64,000 nucleotides of DNA from contig CAXXFF010000001.1 in assembly GCA_963676835.2 (NCBI GenBank), forward strand, positions 128,001 through 192,000, written 5' to 3'. Source of the stretch: Marispirochaeta sp. (GTDB lineage Bacteria > Spirochaetota > Spirochaetia > JC444 > Marispirochaetaceae). This document shows, piece after piece, positions 28,053 through 37,938 of this stretch (positions are counted from its first letter, which is position 1; every line of letters begins with the position of its first letter). Under the pieces are notes generated by a model, which made no database searches, was not told the DNA's origin, and saw nothing but the letters and a program-made list of their open reading frames with translations. Made by a program: the position numbers and the translations under genes.

Positions 28053-28739
28053 TCAAGTATTTTTATTGAACAGAACTTCCCGAATTTTATGGTCTTTAAC
28101 AAGACCTTTTGATTCGAATTTTGTTCTCGGCCGCCAGGACTGGGGTTCCGCATAACAGGGATATGCATTGCTAATACCGTCAACGGATTCGCAGACATCC
28201 AGAATCTGTTCTGCATACTCCTCCCAGTCTGTGCAGAAATAGAGATACCCCTTCTCTTTTAACTTTGGAATCAGCAGCTTAATGAATGGAACCTGGACAA
28301 GTCGGCGTTTATGATGCTTCTTCTTAGGCCATGGATCGGGAAAGAAAATATGCACGCCATCCAGCGAATTATCGGGCAGCATATTCTCGATAACCTCAAC
28401 AGCATCATGATTTATTACACGCAAGTTCCCAAGTCCCAGGTTTTGTATTTCACTCAAAACCTTTCCCACCCCTGGACGATGAACCTCTATACCAATGAAT
28501 GCGGTATCTTTATTCTCTGATGCAATCTGAATGGTGGCCTCTCCCATACCGAAGCCGATTTCCATTTTGATTTGCTCAAAATCAGGAAAACAGGCCTGAA
28601 GATCAAGAATAGCCGGGGAATAAGGAATAGAGTATAGCGGAAGCAGCTCATCAAAAGATCTGCGTTGAAGCTTGCTCATACGGGCAGCCCTGAGTACATA
28701 GCTTTTCAGCCGTTTATGTTCAGAGAGTTTATCGTTCAT
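28053..28739 (-). CDS. trmB: tRNA (guanine-N7)-methyltransferase
   Basis: EIGFGMG, GIEVH, FFPDPWPKKKHHKRRL, TDWEEYA, RPRTKFE. Confidence 0.95.
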   Translation of the reverse strand: MNDKLSEHKRLKSYVLRAARMSKLQRRSFDELLPLYSIPYSPAILDLQACFPDFEQIKMEIGFGMGEATIQIASENKDTAFIGIEVHRPGVGKVLSEIQNLGLGNLRVINHDAVEVIENMLPDNSLDGVHIFFPDPWPKKKHHKRRLVQVPFIKLLIPKLKEKGYLYFCTDWEEYAEQILDVCESVDGISNAYPCYAEPQSWRPRTKFESKGLVKDHKIREVLFNKNT

Positions 28740-28757
28740 AGTATCCTTTTAAAAATC

Positions 28758-31013
28758 TCAGTTAAGGATTTTCTTTATTTCCTCAGAAGACCCGCGGCTG
28801 AGCAAATCCTGCTTGAAATTGCTGCAGCCGTTAAAAAAGTGTTCTTCTTTGAGCCATTTGTACATATCCGGAAGGGATGAGGGAGCAACACTGAAGTTGC
28901 GAATACCACTACCGAGGAGAAAACGAAGCATATTTCTGTTAACCGCAGCATCACCGCAAACCGACAAGGGGATTTTCTGTTCATTACAGACATCTGCAAC
29001 CCGGGCAATAAACCTCAGCACCGCAGGATGAAAAGGATTGAACATATCCGCCACCCGGGCATTGGTCCTGTCCACCCCGAGAAGATACTGGATAAGATCA
29101 TTCGTGCCTATGCTCATAAAATCAACTTCCCGTGCCAGTTCTTCAAGAATGAAACCGGTTGAAGGAAGTTCGATCATGATGCCGATTTTGGGTTTATAGT
29201 TATGTTCGATACCATGCTCTGAAAGGTTTTTAGAAGCCTGCCGGATAACCTCTTTTACATCACGAACCTCTTCAATTGAGGATACAAAGGGTATCATTAT
29301 ATGAAGATTGCCGTCTTTTCCGGCTCTGAGCATGGCCCTTATCTGGGTTTCAAGAATTTCACTGTTTTTCAGGGAAAATCTGATAGCCCTCAACCCGAGA
29401 AAAGGATTCGCTTCGGGATCTTCATCTGTAAGAAAGCCGAGCTGCTTGTCTCCGCCGATATCGAGGATACGCATATAGACAGGACCTTCATTAAACTCGC
29501 TGAATATGCGGTGATAAATACGGTACTGCTCTTCTTCCGAAGGGAAGTCGTTACGAATGAGAAATGGAAACTCACTGCGGTACAATCCGATACTGTCAGC
29601 ACCATAACCCCTGGCTATCTGCAGATCTCCAAGAAGACCGATATTGGCCATAAGAGCTACTGTTTCTCCCGGTGCAACTTCAATAAGCGGTTCAATCTGC
29701 ATGTCTGCATCGAGCATGGAATGTTCGTCCGCAAGCTTGATAAACTGATCATAGGTGGCCGTATCGGGTTCGATAAAAACAGTGCCCTGAAACCCGTCCA
29801 GAATGATTGATGTTCCTTCATCGATGTTAAATATATCTTTGTTATCAAGAGAAACAATCGGGATTTTAATGGATTGCCCCAGGATCTTCAGATGAGATGT
29901 GAGGCTCGTCTTATGCACAATTATACCGGCAGCACCCTGAGCGGCGAACTTGATCAGCTCTGAAGGAAAAAGTTCACTGCTTATAATTATGGAGTCCCGG
30001 TAGTCTTCGTTCTGCTTATCCTGTTCCTGCAGGTTAAGCAGCAGCCGGTGTCCAAGATCTTTCAGGTCCTGAGCCTTCTCCCGGATGGCCGCGGCATCAG
30101 AGTCTGCAAAAATATCTATATAACGGTTTACCACAGACACCACAGCTTCTGACGCAACCTGTCCGTTGCGGATAAGCTGCTCCATTTCGCCGGAAAAAGC
30201 CTCATCGGTAAGCATAAGAAGATGCGCATGAAAAATGAGCGAACCTACATCGGCAAAATTTTCCTTAAGCTGGTCCTGCAGTACCTGTATCTGCTGCCGG
30301 GTAAGATTAACGGCGGTCTGAAATGCTTCTATGCCGGTCATATAGTGCGCATTCTTGTCTATGCTGAGGGTACTGTTTGTACCCCGCCGCCCAAGGCTGT
30401 AGCTCTTTCCCAGGGCAATTCCGCTGGTTACCTTCTGTCCGTGCATAATCGGCGGAAGGGAACGTTTTTTCTTTACCGCAGGTGCAGAAGGCCTTTCCTT
30501 GTGCAGTTCCATAAGAAGAATGGCATTTTCGATCATAGCCGCCATCTGTGCTGCTATTGCAGTCAGGGCACGGGCGTCACGCTGATTAAAATAGTTGATT
30601 TTCTTGTGCTGACAAACTATAACACCTATACGGCGTAAACCATGAAGTATGGGTACAGCAAGAAATGCTTCAAACTCTTCTTCATTGATTCCGGGAATAT
30701 GTTTAAAATTGGGAAAATCAGTCCCTTTGGGGACAATAATAGGCCGCAGCTGCTTCAACGCAGTTCCGGTTATGCCTTCTCCTGGAGCCAGGGTTACATT
30801 TCCCACAGCACCCGGGTTAAGACCCTTACTGGCACGGAGCACCAGCATGCCTGTCTCCTGATTAAGAAGATAGATAGAGCATAGATCGGTCTCCATATGT
30901 TCAGCTATAAGCTTGACGGTTTCGTCAAGAAAGCCTTCAATACTTTGTCTCCTTTCAAAAAGAGAACTGAGTTCCGCTACACTGCAAATAAGGTCTATAG
31001 CCTTTTCCTTCAT
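28758..31013 (-). CDS. ptsP: GAF-domain PEP-protein phosphotransferase (EI-Ntr-like)
   Basis: N-terminal GAF, TSH phospho-His, GLYRSEF, DIGGDK, NPFLGLR, SIGTNDLIQY. Confidence 0.9.
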   Translation of the reverse strand: MKEKAIDLICSVAELSSLFERRQSIEGFLDETVKLIAEHMETDLCSIYLLNQETGMLVLRASKGLNPGAVGNVTLAPGEGITGTALKQLRPIIVPKGTDFPNFKHIPGINEEEFEAFLAVPILHGLRRIGVIVCQHKKINYFNQRDARALTAIAAQMAAMIENAILLMELHKERPSAPAVKKKRSLPPIMHGQKVTSGIALGKSYSLGRRGTNSTLSIDKNAHYMTGIEAFQTAVNLTRQQIQVLQDQLKENFADVGSLIFHAHLLMLTDEAFSGEMEQLIRNGQVASEAVVSVVNRYIDIFADSDAAAIREKAQDLKDLGHRLLLNLQEQDKQNEDYRDSIIISSELFPSELIKFAAQGAAGIIVHKTSLTSHLKILGQSIKIPIVSLDNKDIFNIDEGTSIILDGFQGTVFIEPDTATYDQFIKLADEHSMLDADMQIEPLIEVAPGETVALMANIGLLGDLQIARGYGADSIGLYRSEFPFLIRNDFPSEEEQYRIYHRIFSEFNEGPVYMRILDIGGDKQLGFLTDEDPEANPFLGLRAIRFSLKNSEILETQIRAMLRAGKDGNLHIMIPFVSSIEEVRDVKEVIRQASKNLSEHGIEHNYKPKIGIMIELPSTGFILEELAREVDFMSIGTNDLIQYLLGVDRTNARVADMFNPFHPAVLRFIARVADVCNEQKIPLSVCGDAAVNRNMLRFLLGSGIRNFSVAPSSLPDMYKWLKEEHFFNGCSNFKQDLLSRGSSEEIKKILN

Positions 31014-31067
31014 TACACACATTCCTTTACGGGATCTGCTATATACAGTTTCTATTGTACACCAGGT

Positions 31068-34000
31068 TTATAAAAGTGCCGAGAGCCGTTCGCGTATGAA
31101 TTCGGATTTTTCTTTCAAACCGATGGATCCGGTCTCCATAAGAAGTATGTTCGGGTTCTTCGGATCTGGTTTAACCTTTCCACCGGAGGTCTGCATTAAC
31201 TGCAGAACCTTATCCACAGAAATGATGGATACCCGGGCAAATTCTATGCGAACCTTTCCTCCCCGCTCCCTCAGAGACCTGACCCTCAGCTTGCGGCAGA
31301 CAATTCGGACCTCGGAAAGGGACAACAGGCTGGAAACGGTTTCCGGAAGAGGCCCGAAACGGTCATGCAGTTCGCCATGAATTTTTTCCAGCTCTTCATC
31401 CGAATCAATGGCGGCGATTTTTTTATACACCTCCATTTTTTCAACCGGCTCTTTTATATAGGTCTCCGGTATGTAACCGGAATAATCCAGTTCGAGAAAA
31501 ACTTCTTCCCGCGGTTCATCGCCTTTCTCACTTTTTTCAGCCACCGCTTCATCCAGAAGTCTAAGATACATATCAAATCCCACAGAGGCTATCTCACCGC
31601 TCTGCTGACGTCCAAGCAGGTTACCTGCTCCCCGAACCTCCATATCTTTCATGGCAATCTTGAAACCGGCGCCAAGATCGGAATAGTCTGACAAGATCCT
31701 CAGGCGCTTCATGGCAATCTCACTCAGGGCTTTGTCGGCGGGATAGAGGAGATATGCATAGGCTTTTCGGTCGGACCGGCCAACCCTTCCGCGAAGCTGA
31801 TAAAGCTGGGAAATACCGTAGATATCGGCACGGTCAATAATGATCGTATTTACGTTGGGAATATCAATTCCGTTTTCAATAATGGTTGTGGCCACCATCA
31901 CCTGAAATGCGCCATGAATAAAGCGGTGCATTACCTCTTCAAGTTCGGAAGAACTCATCTGCCCATGGGCAGTATCGATCATGGCTTCTGGAACAATATT
32001 TTCCAGAAATCTGCGTACTTCAGGCAGAGTTTCCACTCTGTTGTGAAGGTAGAACACCTGGCCGCCCCGTTCCAGCTCCGCCCGTATGGCAGCGGCAACC
32101 ATCTCTTCGTCAAATTCACGTATATACGTATCCACCGACTGACGGTTGTGAGGCGGCGTGGTCAACAGGGACATGTCACGTATTTTGAGCAGGCTCATAT
32201 GCAGGGTTCTGGGAATCGGTGTTGCCGATAAAGCAAGGGAATCTACAGTGTGCCTCATCTGTTTAAGCCGTTCCTTGTCTTTAACGCCGAAACGCTGCTC
32301 TTCATCTACAATGATCAGGCCGATATTTTTGAACTGTACATCCTTCTGCAGAATCCGGTGGGTGCCGATCATGACATCCACCTCGCCTTCGGCAAGAGCC
32401 TGCAGAGCCTTTTTCTGCTCTTTGGCCGCTACAAAACGGGAAATCATGGCAAGCTTGACCGGATAATTTCCAAACCGTTCAGAGAATGACTCATAATGCT
32501 GTTCTGCGAGAATTGTTGTGGGCGCAAGTATTGCAACCTGTTTGCCCCCCATAACAGCCTTGAAAGCCGCCCGCATGGCGATTTCCGTTTTACCGTATCC
32601 CACATCGCCGCAGATAAGGCGGTCCATAGGTTTCTGGCTCTCCATATCCTCTTTGACGTCCTGGATACATGCCAGCTGATCCTGGGTCTCCTCATAAGGG
32701 AAAGCTGCTTCAAACTCAACCTGCCAGTCCGTATCCTCGCCGAAACTGTAGCCCTGAGCGCGCTGACGTTTTGCATAAAGATCAATAAGCATGTCTGCAA
32801 GATCTTCTACGGATTTCTTTACCCGCTGCTTGCGCTTCTCCCAGGACTTACCCCCCAGTGAATCGAGCCCGGGAGGCTTGCCTTCCTGACCAATGTACCG
32901 CTGTACCAGGTTAACCTGTTCAATGGGTATAAAAACCGTCTCTTCGCCGGCATATTCAAGCTGGATGTAATCACGTTCGGTGCCGGCGGCCTTGATTCTT
33001 TCAATTCCCTTAAATCGTCCGATACCGTAGTTTACATGTACAACATAATCCCCTGGGGAAAGTTCCACGAAAGTATCGATGGCTTTCCCACGGCTCTTTT
33101 TGACAGAAGCGGGGATTCTTTTACGTCTGCCGAAAATCTCGTTTTCCTGAACAACAAGATGCTTTATATCGGGAAGAACAAAGCCCTGGGAAATATGGGC
33201 TGCATACAGTTTTACCGGAAAGTCCTTTAAAAGCTGCTCAATCCGATCGGCCTGTGTTTCCGTTTCTGCAAAAATGGAGACTTCATAGCCGCTGCTCAGA
33301 TACTGCTCCAGCTCTTCCTTGAAGAAACGGATATTGCCGAAAAAGGAACGAGGGTCCTGACATACAATTTCGGGAAGAAAGGAATGAGCATCTTCCTGCT
33401 TCAGGGATTGTATGACCAGTTTCTTTCTGCATGCCCCTTCCAGATCTTTATAGCTGCCGATTATTTTATCAGGGGATGGAAAAGAAATTTTTCTCTCTCT
33501 CAGGCTCCGCTTATACAGCTCCTGAAACTCTTTCTCAATTCTCTCAGCGGCGTTTTCAAGTCTTTTATCGGAGATAAAAAAGCTTACCGCCCGCTCGGGC
33601 AGATAATCCTGCAGAGAACATTTATGTTCAAAAGAGAGAGGAAAGAATACTTCCTCATACTGGCAGCTTCCAGTCTCCTTAAGACGCTCAATAAGCTGCT
33701 CATCACCGCTTCCGGGATATCTTGCGGACAGGATAAAATCCTCAACACGATGTATACCGTCTGGACTCCAGATAAACTCCGATGCAGGAAAAAGGCGTAC
33801 AGATTTGCGGCTTGCAGAGGATCCCTGTGACAGAAGATCGAAGTTTTTAATCTCTTCTATCTCTTCAAACTCAAAAACAACCCGGACAGCTTCCCCTTCT
33901 CTTCCGGGAAGCCCCACATCAAGAACCTCTCCCCTGAGGGCAAACTCCCCGGGGCTGCTCACCCGCGGAACCCTGAGGTATCCCCAGGACTGAAGCTTCT

Positions 34001-34472
34001 GTTCTATATCCAGTGGATCAATACTTGCACCCTGCTTAAGCTCCAGAGTATTTTGCTTAAGATACTCTATGGGAGGAAGCAGCCCGGTGAATGCCCTTAC
34101 GGATGTGCAGATTATGGCTGCTTTTCCGGAAATTAAATCCGTAAGCACCGAAATACGGTCGGCGGAGACATTGGAATGACTCGGCTGCTCACTGTATGGA
34201 GCCGACTGCCACCAGGGAAAAACAACGGCATCCAGCCCGAAGGAGAGACAATCCCGACAAAGGGTTTCCGCCTCCTTTTCCGAGGGCAGCACACAGAGAA
34301 TGGTCCGTGCCCGCTGCTTCATTACCGCTGCCAGCATCAGGGCCAGGAATGACCCCTTGGGGCCGTAAACCTGGCCGGGATACTGTTCAGTGGCGGTAAT
34401 TTTCAGAAGCTCTTTAAATGGCCGGTATGATTTTATCGAGTCAAGAATACTATCCAGGAATAATGTTACCAT
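31068..34472 (-). CDS. mfd: Transcription-repair coupling factor
   Basis: PMDRLICGDVGYGKTE, DEEQRFGV, SATPIPRTL, QLRGRVGRS, TRCF C-terminus. Confidence 0.97.
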   Translation of the reverse strand: MVTLFLDSILDSIKSYRPFKELLKITATEQYPGQVYGPKGSFLALMLAAVMKQRARTILCVLPSEKEAETLCRDCLSFGLDAVVFPWWQSAPYSEQPSHSNVSADRISVLTDLISGKAAIICTSVRAFTGLLPPIEYLKQNTLELKQGASIDPLDIEQKLQSWGYLRVPRVSSPGEFALRGEVLDVGLPGREGEAVRVVFEFEEIEEIKNFDLLSQGSSASRKSVRLFPASEFIWSPDGIHRVEDFILSARYPGSGDEQLIERLKETGSCQYEEVFFPLSFEHKCSLQDYLPERAVSFFISDKRLENAAERIEKEFQELYKRSLRERKISFPSPDKIIGSYKDLEGACRKKLVIQSLKQEDAHSFLPEIVCQDPRSFFGNIRFFKEELEQYLSSGYEVSIFAETETQADRIEQLLKDFPVKLYAAHISQGFVLPDIKHLVVQENEIFGRRKRIPASVKKSRGKAIDTFVELSPGDYVVHVNYGIGRFKGIERIKAAGTERDYIQLEYAGEETVFIPIEQVNLVQRYIGQEGKPPGLDSLGGKSWEKRKQRVKKSVEDLADMLIDLYAKRQRAQGYSFGEDTDWQVEFEAAFPYEETQDQLACIQDVKEDMESQKPMDRLICGDVGYGKTEIAMRAAFKAVMGGKQVAILAPTTILAEQHYESFSERFGNYPVKLAMISRFVAAKEQKKALQALAEGEVDVMIGTHRILQKDVQFKNIGLIIVDEEQRFGVKDKERLKQMRHTVDSLALSATPIPRTLHMSLLKIRDMSLLTTPPHNRQSVDTYIREFDEEMVAAAIRAELERGGQVFYLHNRVETLPEVRRFLENIVPEAMIDTAHGQMSSSELEEVMHRFIHGAFQVMVATTIIENGIDIPNVNTIIIDRADIYGISQLYQLRGRVGRSDRKAYAYLLYPADKALSEIAMKRLRILSDYSDLGAGFKIAMKDMEVRGAGNLLGRQQSGEIASVGFDMYLRLLDEAVAEKSEKGDEPREEVFLELDYSGYIPETYIKEPVEKMEVYKKIAAIDSDEELEKIHGELHDRFGPLPETVSSLLSLSEVRIVCRKLRVRSLRERGGKVRIEFARVSIISVDKVLQLMQTSGGKVKPDPKNPNILLMETGSIGLKEKSEFIRERLSALL

Positions 34473-34504
34473 GATATTATTCCGACAATGAGAGCAGTGG
34501 TGCC

Positions 34505-35455
34505 ATGAAAATGAAGAAGAATATTATTCGCATTATTGTGTTCATTATGCTGTTTTCCGCAGTCTCCGTTTCCGCCCTGGATAATAACGGTATTGATTTA
34601 TCGATCCGGCTGTATAATCAGCGAATCTACTACCCGGAAACCGAAATTCAGGTGCTGGTTGAAATAACCAATAACACCAATGATACCTATCGATTTAAAT
34701 CAGCTCAGGACAGAAGGTATAACCTGGATTTCCAGGCAACAACCCTTACCAATGAACCTATCAGACGGTCTGAGCAATTTATCATGGCCGCAGAAAGGAA
34801 TCAACAGGTATACTACCGGGACATAGATATAGAACCGGGTGAACGTTTCTCTTTTGTAGAACCCCTTAAGGATTATCTCTCTCTCGGAAAGGCCGGCGCA
34901 TATATAGTAAAAGCCAGCTATTTTCCCGAATTAAAGAACAGCGGTGACGGTTTAGAGTCAAACCTGATCTCTTTTACCGTACGGCCATCCGCCGGGAACC
35001 TGGCTCTTGCCTCCCGAATAGATGCGGATACAGGAGCTGTTCTCCGTCGGGAAAAACTTCCCCCCGATGAGGTAGTTGAATATACCATCCAGGCGAGGCA
35101 GCTTGGGCAATGGAATAAATTCTTCCTCTACCTTGACCCTTTAAGCCTGATGCTGGAAGATCCCGATGCAAAACGCCGCTATAACCGCTCTTCGGAAGAA
35201 GAACGGCTTAAAATGGAAGAAGATTACCGTATACGTCTCCAGTCCCGTACAACCCGGGACGAAATAGTTCTCGTACCCATTGAGTACGAAATAAAGGAGA
35301 CCCGTTATACTTCCAACATGGGAACTGTAATTGTTATAGAAAAATTTCAGAATCCCGACTTTATTGAAGTTAAGGAATTCACCTATTATCTAAACAGACA
35401 GGATGGAATCTGGACCATAGGGTCCTATGAAGTCCGTAATATAGGAAGCGAATGA
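34505..35455 (+). CDS. Exported conserved hypothetical protein
   Basis: Signal peptide; 316-aa ORF divergent from mfd. Confidence 0.75.
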   Translation: MKMKKNIIRIIVFIMLFSAVSVSALDNNGIDLSIRLYNQRIYYPETEIQVLVEITNNTNDTYRFKSAQDRRYNLDFQATTLTNEPIRRSEQFIMAAERNQQVYYRDIDIEPGERFSFVEPLKDYLSLGKAGAYIVKASYFPELKNSGDGLESNLISFTVRPSAGNLALASRIDADTGAVLRREKLPPDEVVEYTIQARQLGQWNKFFLYLDPLSLMLEDPDAKRRYNRSSEEERLKMEEDYRIRLQSRTTRDEIVLVPIEYEIKETRYTSNMGTVIVIEKFQNPDFIEVKEFTYYLNRQDGIWTIGSYEVRNIGSE

Positions 35456-36180
35456 TTCTGCTTGTAGTTGCCCGGGAAACCCGGCTTGTTGATCTATTAT
35501 CCGGCTATTTCACATCTCAGGGTGGTAACGTAATTCATTACCGTAACCCCATCAAGGCAATGGATAACCTGGAAGAAATTCAGCCCGATGCGGTTGCTTT
35601 TTTTACCCAGGATTTTCCACGTCACTGGAAACCTTTTGTCCGGTACTACCGCAACCTTAAATCCAAGGACACGGGACTTTGTGTGCTTTTCACCGGTAAT
35701 CTTTTCACCGAAGATGAAGCCGCCAAGTCTCAGCTTCTTGAAATCAACGGGCTCATTCCCTATGACCAGGACGATCATCTTCTGTGTGATTCTTTTCAGG
35801 AAATTATACAGAGATACGGTTTCCTTGAGGACAATCGTCAGTACCGCCGATATGCTCCCCGCCAGTATGATAATATATCCTTTATTTTCAATCATCCCGA
35901 AAACTTCACCCTGGTTACCGGAACCATCCTGGATGTGAGTATGGAAGGAGTTCGCTTTTTTCCAGACAGTCCCGACAAGACTGTTAATCTTGAGGAAAAC
36001 CGGATCCTCCAGGACTGTTCACTCCAGATTGAAGATGAAATTTTTACATTCTCCGCCAGAATATTCCGCAACAATAAAGTACTGTCACTTATATTCATCG
36101 ATGCAGCGGAACAGTTTCAGGAAGCACTGTCTGCATTTATCAGCAGTGCACCGGAAAGGGCAGTCTCCTCTATTTCATAA
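35452..36180 (+). CDS. PilZ-domain protein with REC-like N-terminus
   Basis: RQYRR (RxxxR) and DVSMEG (DxSxxG) c-di-GMP motifs. Confidence 0.8.
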   Translation: MILLVVARETRLVDLLSGYFTSQGGNVIHYRNPIKAMDNLEEIQPDAVAFFTQDFPRHWKPFVRYYRNLKSKDTGLCVLFTGNLFTEDEAAKSQLLEINGLIPYDQDDHLLCDSFQEIIQRYGFLEDNRQYRRYAPRQYDNISFIFNHPENFTLVTGTILDVSMEGVRFFPDSPDKTVNLEENRILQDCSLQIEDEIFTFSARIFRNNKVLSLIFIDAAEQFQEALSAFISSAPERAVSSIS

Positions 36181-36289
36181 GGACTCAATTTAACCATACT
36201 GTTTTTACACGCCCCGAATCCAAACAGATCCCTTTGCTTATATGACTTTATCGTTTTATAATTAAGTTGTAATCAAAGGGAGGTCTTAA

Positions 36290-36667
36290 ATGGGTATTCG
36301 TAAGTATTTGTCCACCGCACCCCTCAGCGATATTACACGCTACCAGTCAGAAGAAGAGTACACTTCAGAATGTATTGTATTTGAGGGAGCACCCAAAAAA
36401 CATCCCTACGATGCAGACAAAATATTGCTGGTAACCCAGCCCTTCAGCAGCAGCACAACTTTCTATGAATTCAGAGTAAAAGATATTATGCATGCGGAAA
36501 ACATGCCCAGCATTGCTACAGACAGCGGGTCTAATCTTTTTATGGCAAAAATCTGGGTAAAAAAAGGCAGTATGGGCCTGAGATACGAACCGTTTGAAGT
36601 GGGCGATCCAATCCGCTATTATCACGATTCCGAGCTGCTTCATCAGGTGCTGTCTGACAGGGACTGA
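36290..36667 (+). CDS. Conserved hypothetical protein
   Basis: GGGAGG RBS; F.GAPKKHPYD..K and IWVKKGS.G..YEPFEV blocks. Confidence 0.75.
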   Translation: MGIRKYLSTAPLSDITRYQSEEEYTSECIVFEGAPKKHPYDADKILLVTQPFSSSTTFYEFRVKDIMHAENMPSIATDSGSNLFMAKIWVKKGSMGLRYEPFEVGDPIRYYHDSELLHQVLSDRD

Positions 36668-36674
36668 TGACATT

Positions 36675-37682
36675 TTGTTTTCATCCGTTGATCCGGACAG
36701 TAACAGTTCTATAATTTGCAGTTTATGTCCTCATAAATGCCGTATAGCACCGGGAAAAACCGGCTACTGCGGGGTACGTGCTAATAAAGACGGAAAACTT
36801 TATCTCCCCTGTTACGGGATGCTATCTGCCACCGCCATGGACCCTGTGGAGAAAAAACCCCTCTACCATTTTCATCCCGGCACCTATTCGTTTTCTGTTG
36901 GATTCTACGGCTGCAACCTGCGTTGCCCGTTCTGTCAGAACTATCAGATATCCACTACTCTCCCCGGCAGTGTCACTGATTTCGTCAAGTCATCAAATAT
37001 TGTTTCAGAAGCTCTAAAGCTTAAAGCAGACAGTATCAGCTACACCTATTCTGAACCGCTGATACATGCCGAATACTGTCTTGATACCGCGGCAGCTGCA
37101 ACAGAGAGAGGACTCTCAAACATTCTGGTAACCAACGGCTTTATGTCCGCACCAGCAGCTGAGACCATCTATTCTGCCATGGATGCGGTGAATATTGATT
37201 TAAAAAGCTTTAACAAAGACTACTACTCACAAGTGCTGAAAGGCGGGCTTGATGAAGTATGCAGATCCATAGAGATTGCCGTTAGTCGCTGTCACACCGA
37301 GGTAACAACCCTGATCGTCCCCGGGGAAAACGATAGCCGGACGGAACTTATAGCCCTGTTCGGATTTCTTTCCGAGCTTAAACCTCAGCCGGTGCTGCAC
37401 TTAAGCAGATACTTTCCCAGGTTTAAATACACACATCCTCCTACAGAGATAAAGGCGCTGCTTTCGACGGCCGAACTTGCAAAAGAAGTCCTTGATTATG
37501 TCTATGTGGGGAATCTGCCGCAACAAACAAGTACAGAACATAAAAATATTTACACCAACGATACCCGCTGCTCTTCCTGTAAATCGGTGCTTATCAGGCG
37601 GGAATCCTATAAAACCGATGTTCTGAACCGCTCAAATTCCGTGTGCGACAATTGCGGATCCCCCCTTCCTTATCTTGTATAA
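36675..37682 (+). CDS. amrS: AmmeMemoRadiSam-type radical SAM enzyme (start uncertain)
   Basis: CSLCPHKC, DPVEKKPLYHFHPG, CNLRCPFCQN (CxxxCxxC), YTYSEP, YVYVGN. Confidence 0.88.
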   Translation: MFSSVDPDSNSSIICSLCPHKCRIAPGKTGYCGVRANKDGKLYLPCYGMLSATAMDPVEKKPLYHFHPGTYSFSVGFYGCNLRCPFCQNYQISTTLPGSVTDFVKSSNIVSEALKLKADSISYTYSEPLIHAEYCLDTAAAATERGLSNILVTNGFMSAPAAETIYSAMDAVNIDLKSFNKDYYSQVLKGGLDEVCRSIEIAVSRCHTEVTTLIVPGENDSRTELIALFGFLSELKPQPVLHLSRYFPRFKYTHPPTEIKALLSTAELAKEVLDYVYVGNLPQQTSTEHKNIYTNDTRCSSCKSVLIRRESYKTDVLNRSNSVCDNCGSPLPYLV

Positions 37683-37710
37683 CACTCCAAATTTTCTTTT
37701 CTGGAATCTA

Positions 37711-37739
37711 TTGACAGTTTAAAACACCTCATGTATATT
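37711..37739 (+). promoter_or_regulatory. Sigma70 promoter for tRNA-Asn
   Basis: TTGACA-17 nt-TATATT. Confidence 0.7.
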
Positions 37740-37772
37740 AGCCTTCGTTAATCGCGATGAGCGGTTAAACAT

Positions 37773-37845
37773 TCCCTTGTAGCTCAGTCGGTAGAGCGGG
37801 TGGCTGTTAACCACTAGGTCGGAGGTTCGAGTCCTTCCGGGGGAG
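37773..37845 (+). tRNA. tRNA-Asn (GTT)
   Basis: Cloverleaf TCCCTTG...GTGGCT-GTT-AACCAC...GGTTCGAGTCC...CGGGGGAG. Confidence 0.96.
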
Positions 37846-37846
37846 C

Positions 37847-37883
37847 AAAAAAAGAGCTTTGCACATTGCAAAGCTCTTTTTTT
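37847..37883. terminator. Bidirectional terminator
   Basis: AAAAAAGAGCTTTGCA-cat-TGCAAAGCTCTTTTTT. Confidence 0.85.
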
Positions 37884-37938
37884 ATGCTCTTATCACATAT
37901 TTAAATCAAAATGCTAATTGTAGCGTATATATCAATTG

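Noticed and set aside
36290..36667. Inorganic pyrophosphatase annotation
   Set aside because: No D-x-D-P-x-D or DHH catalytic motif visible; left as hypothetical
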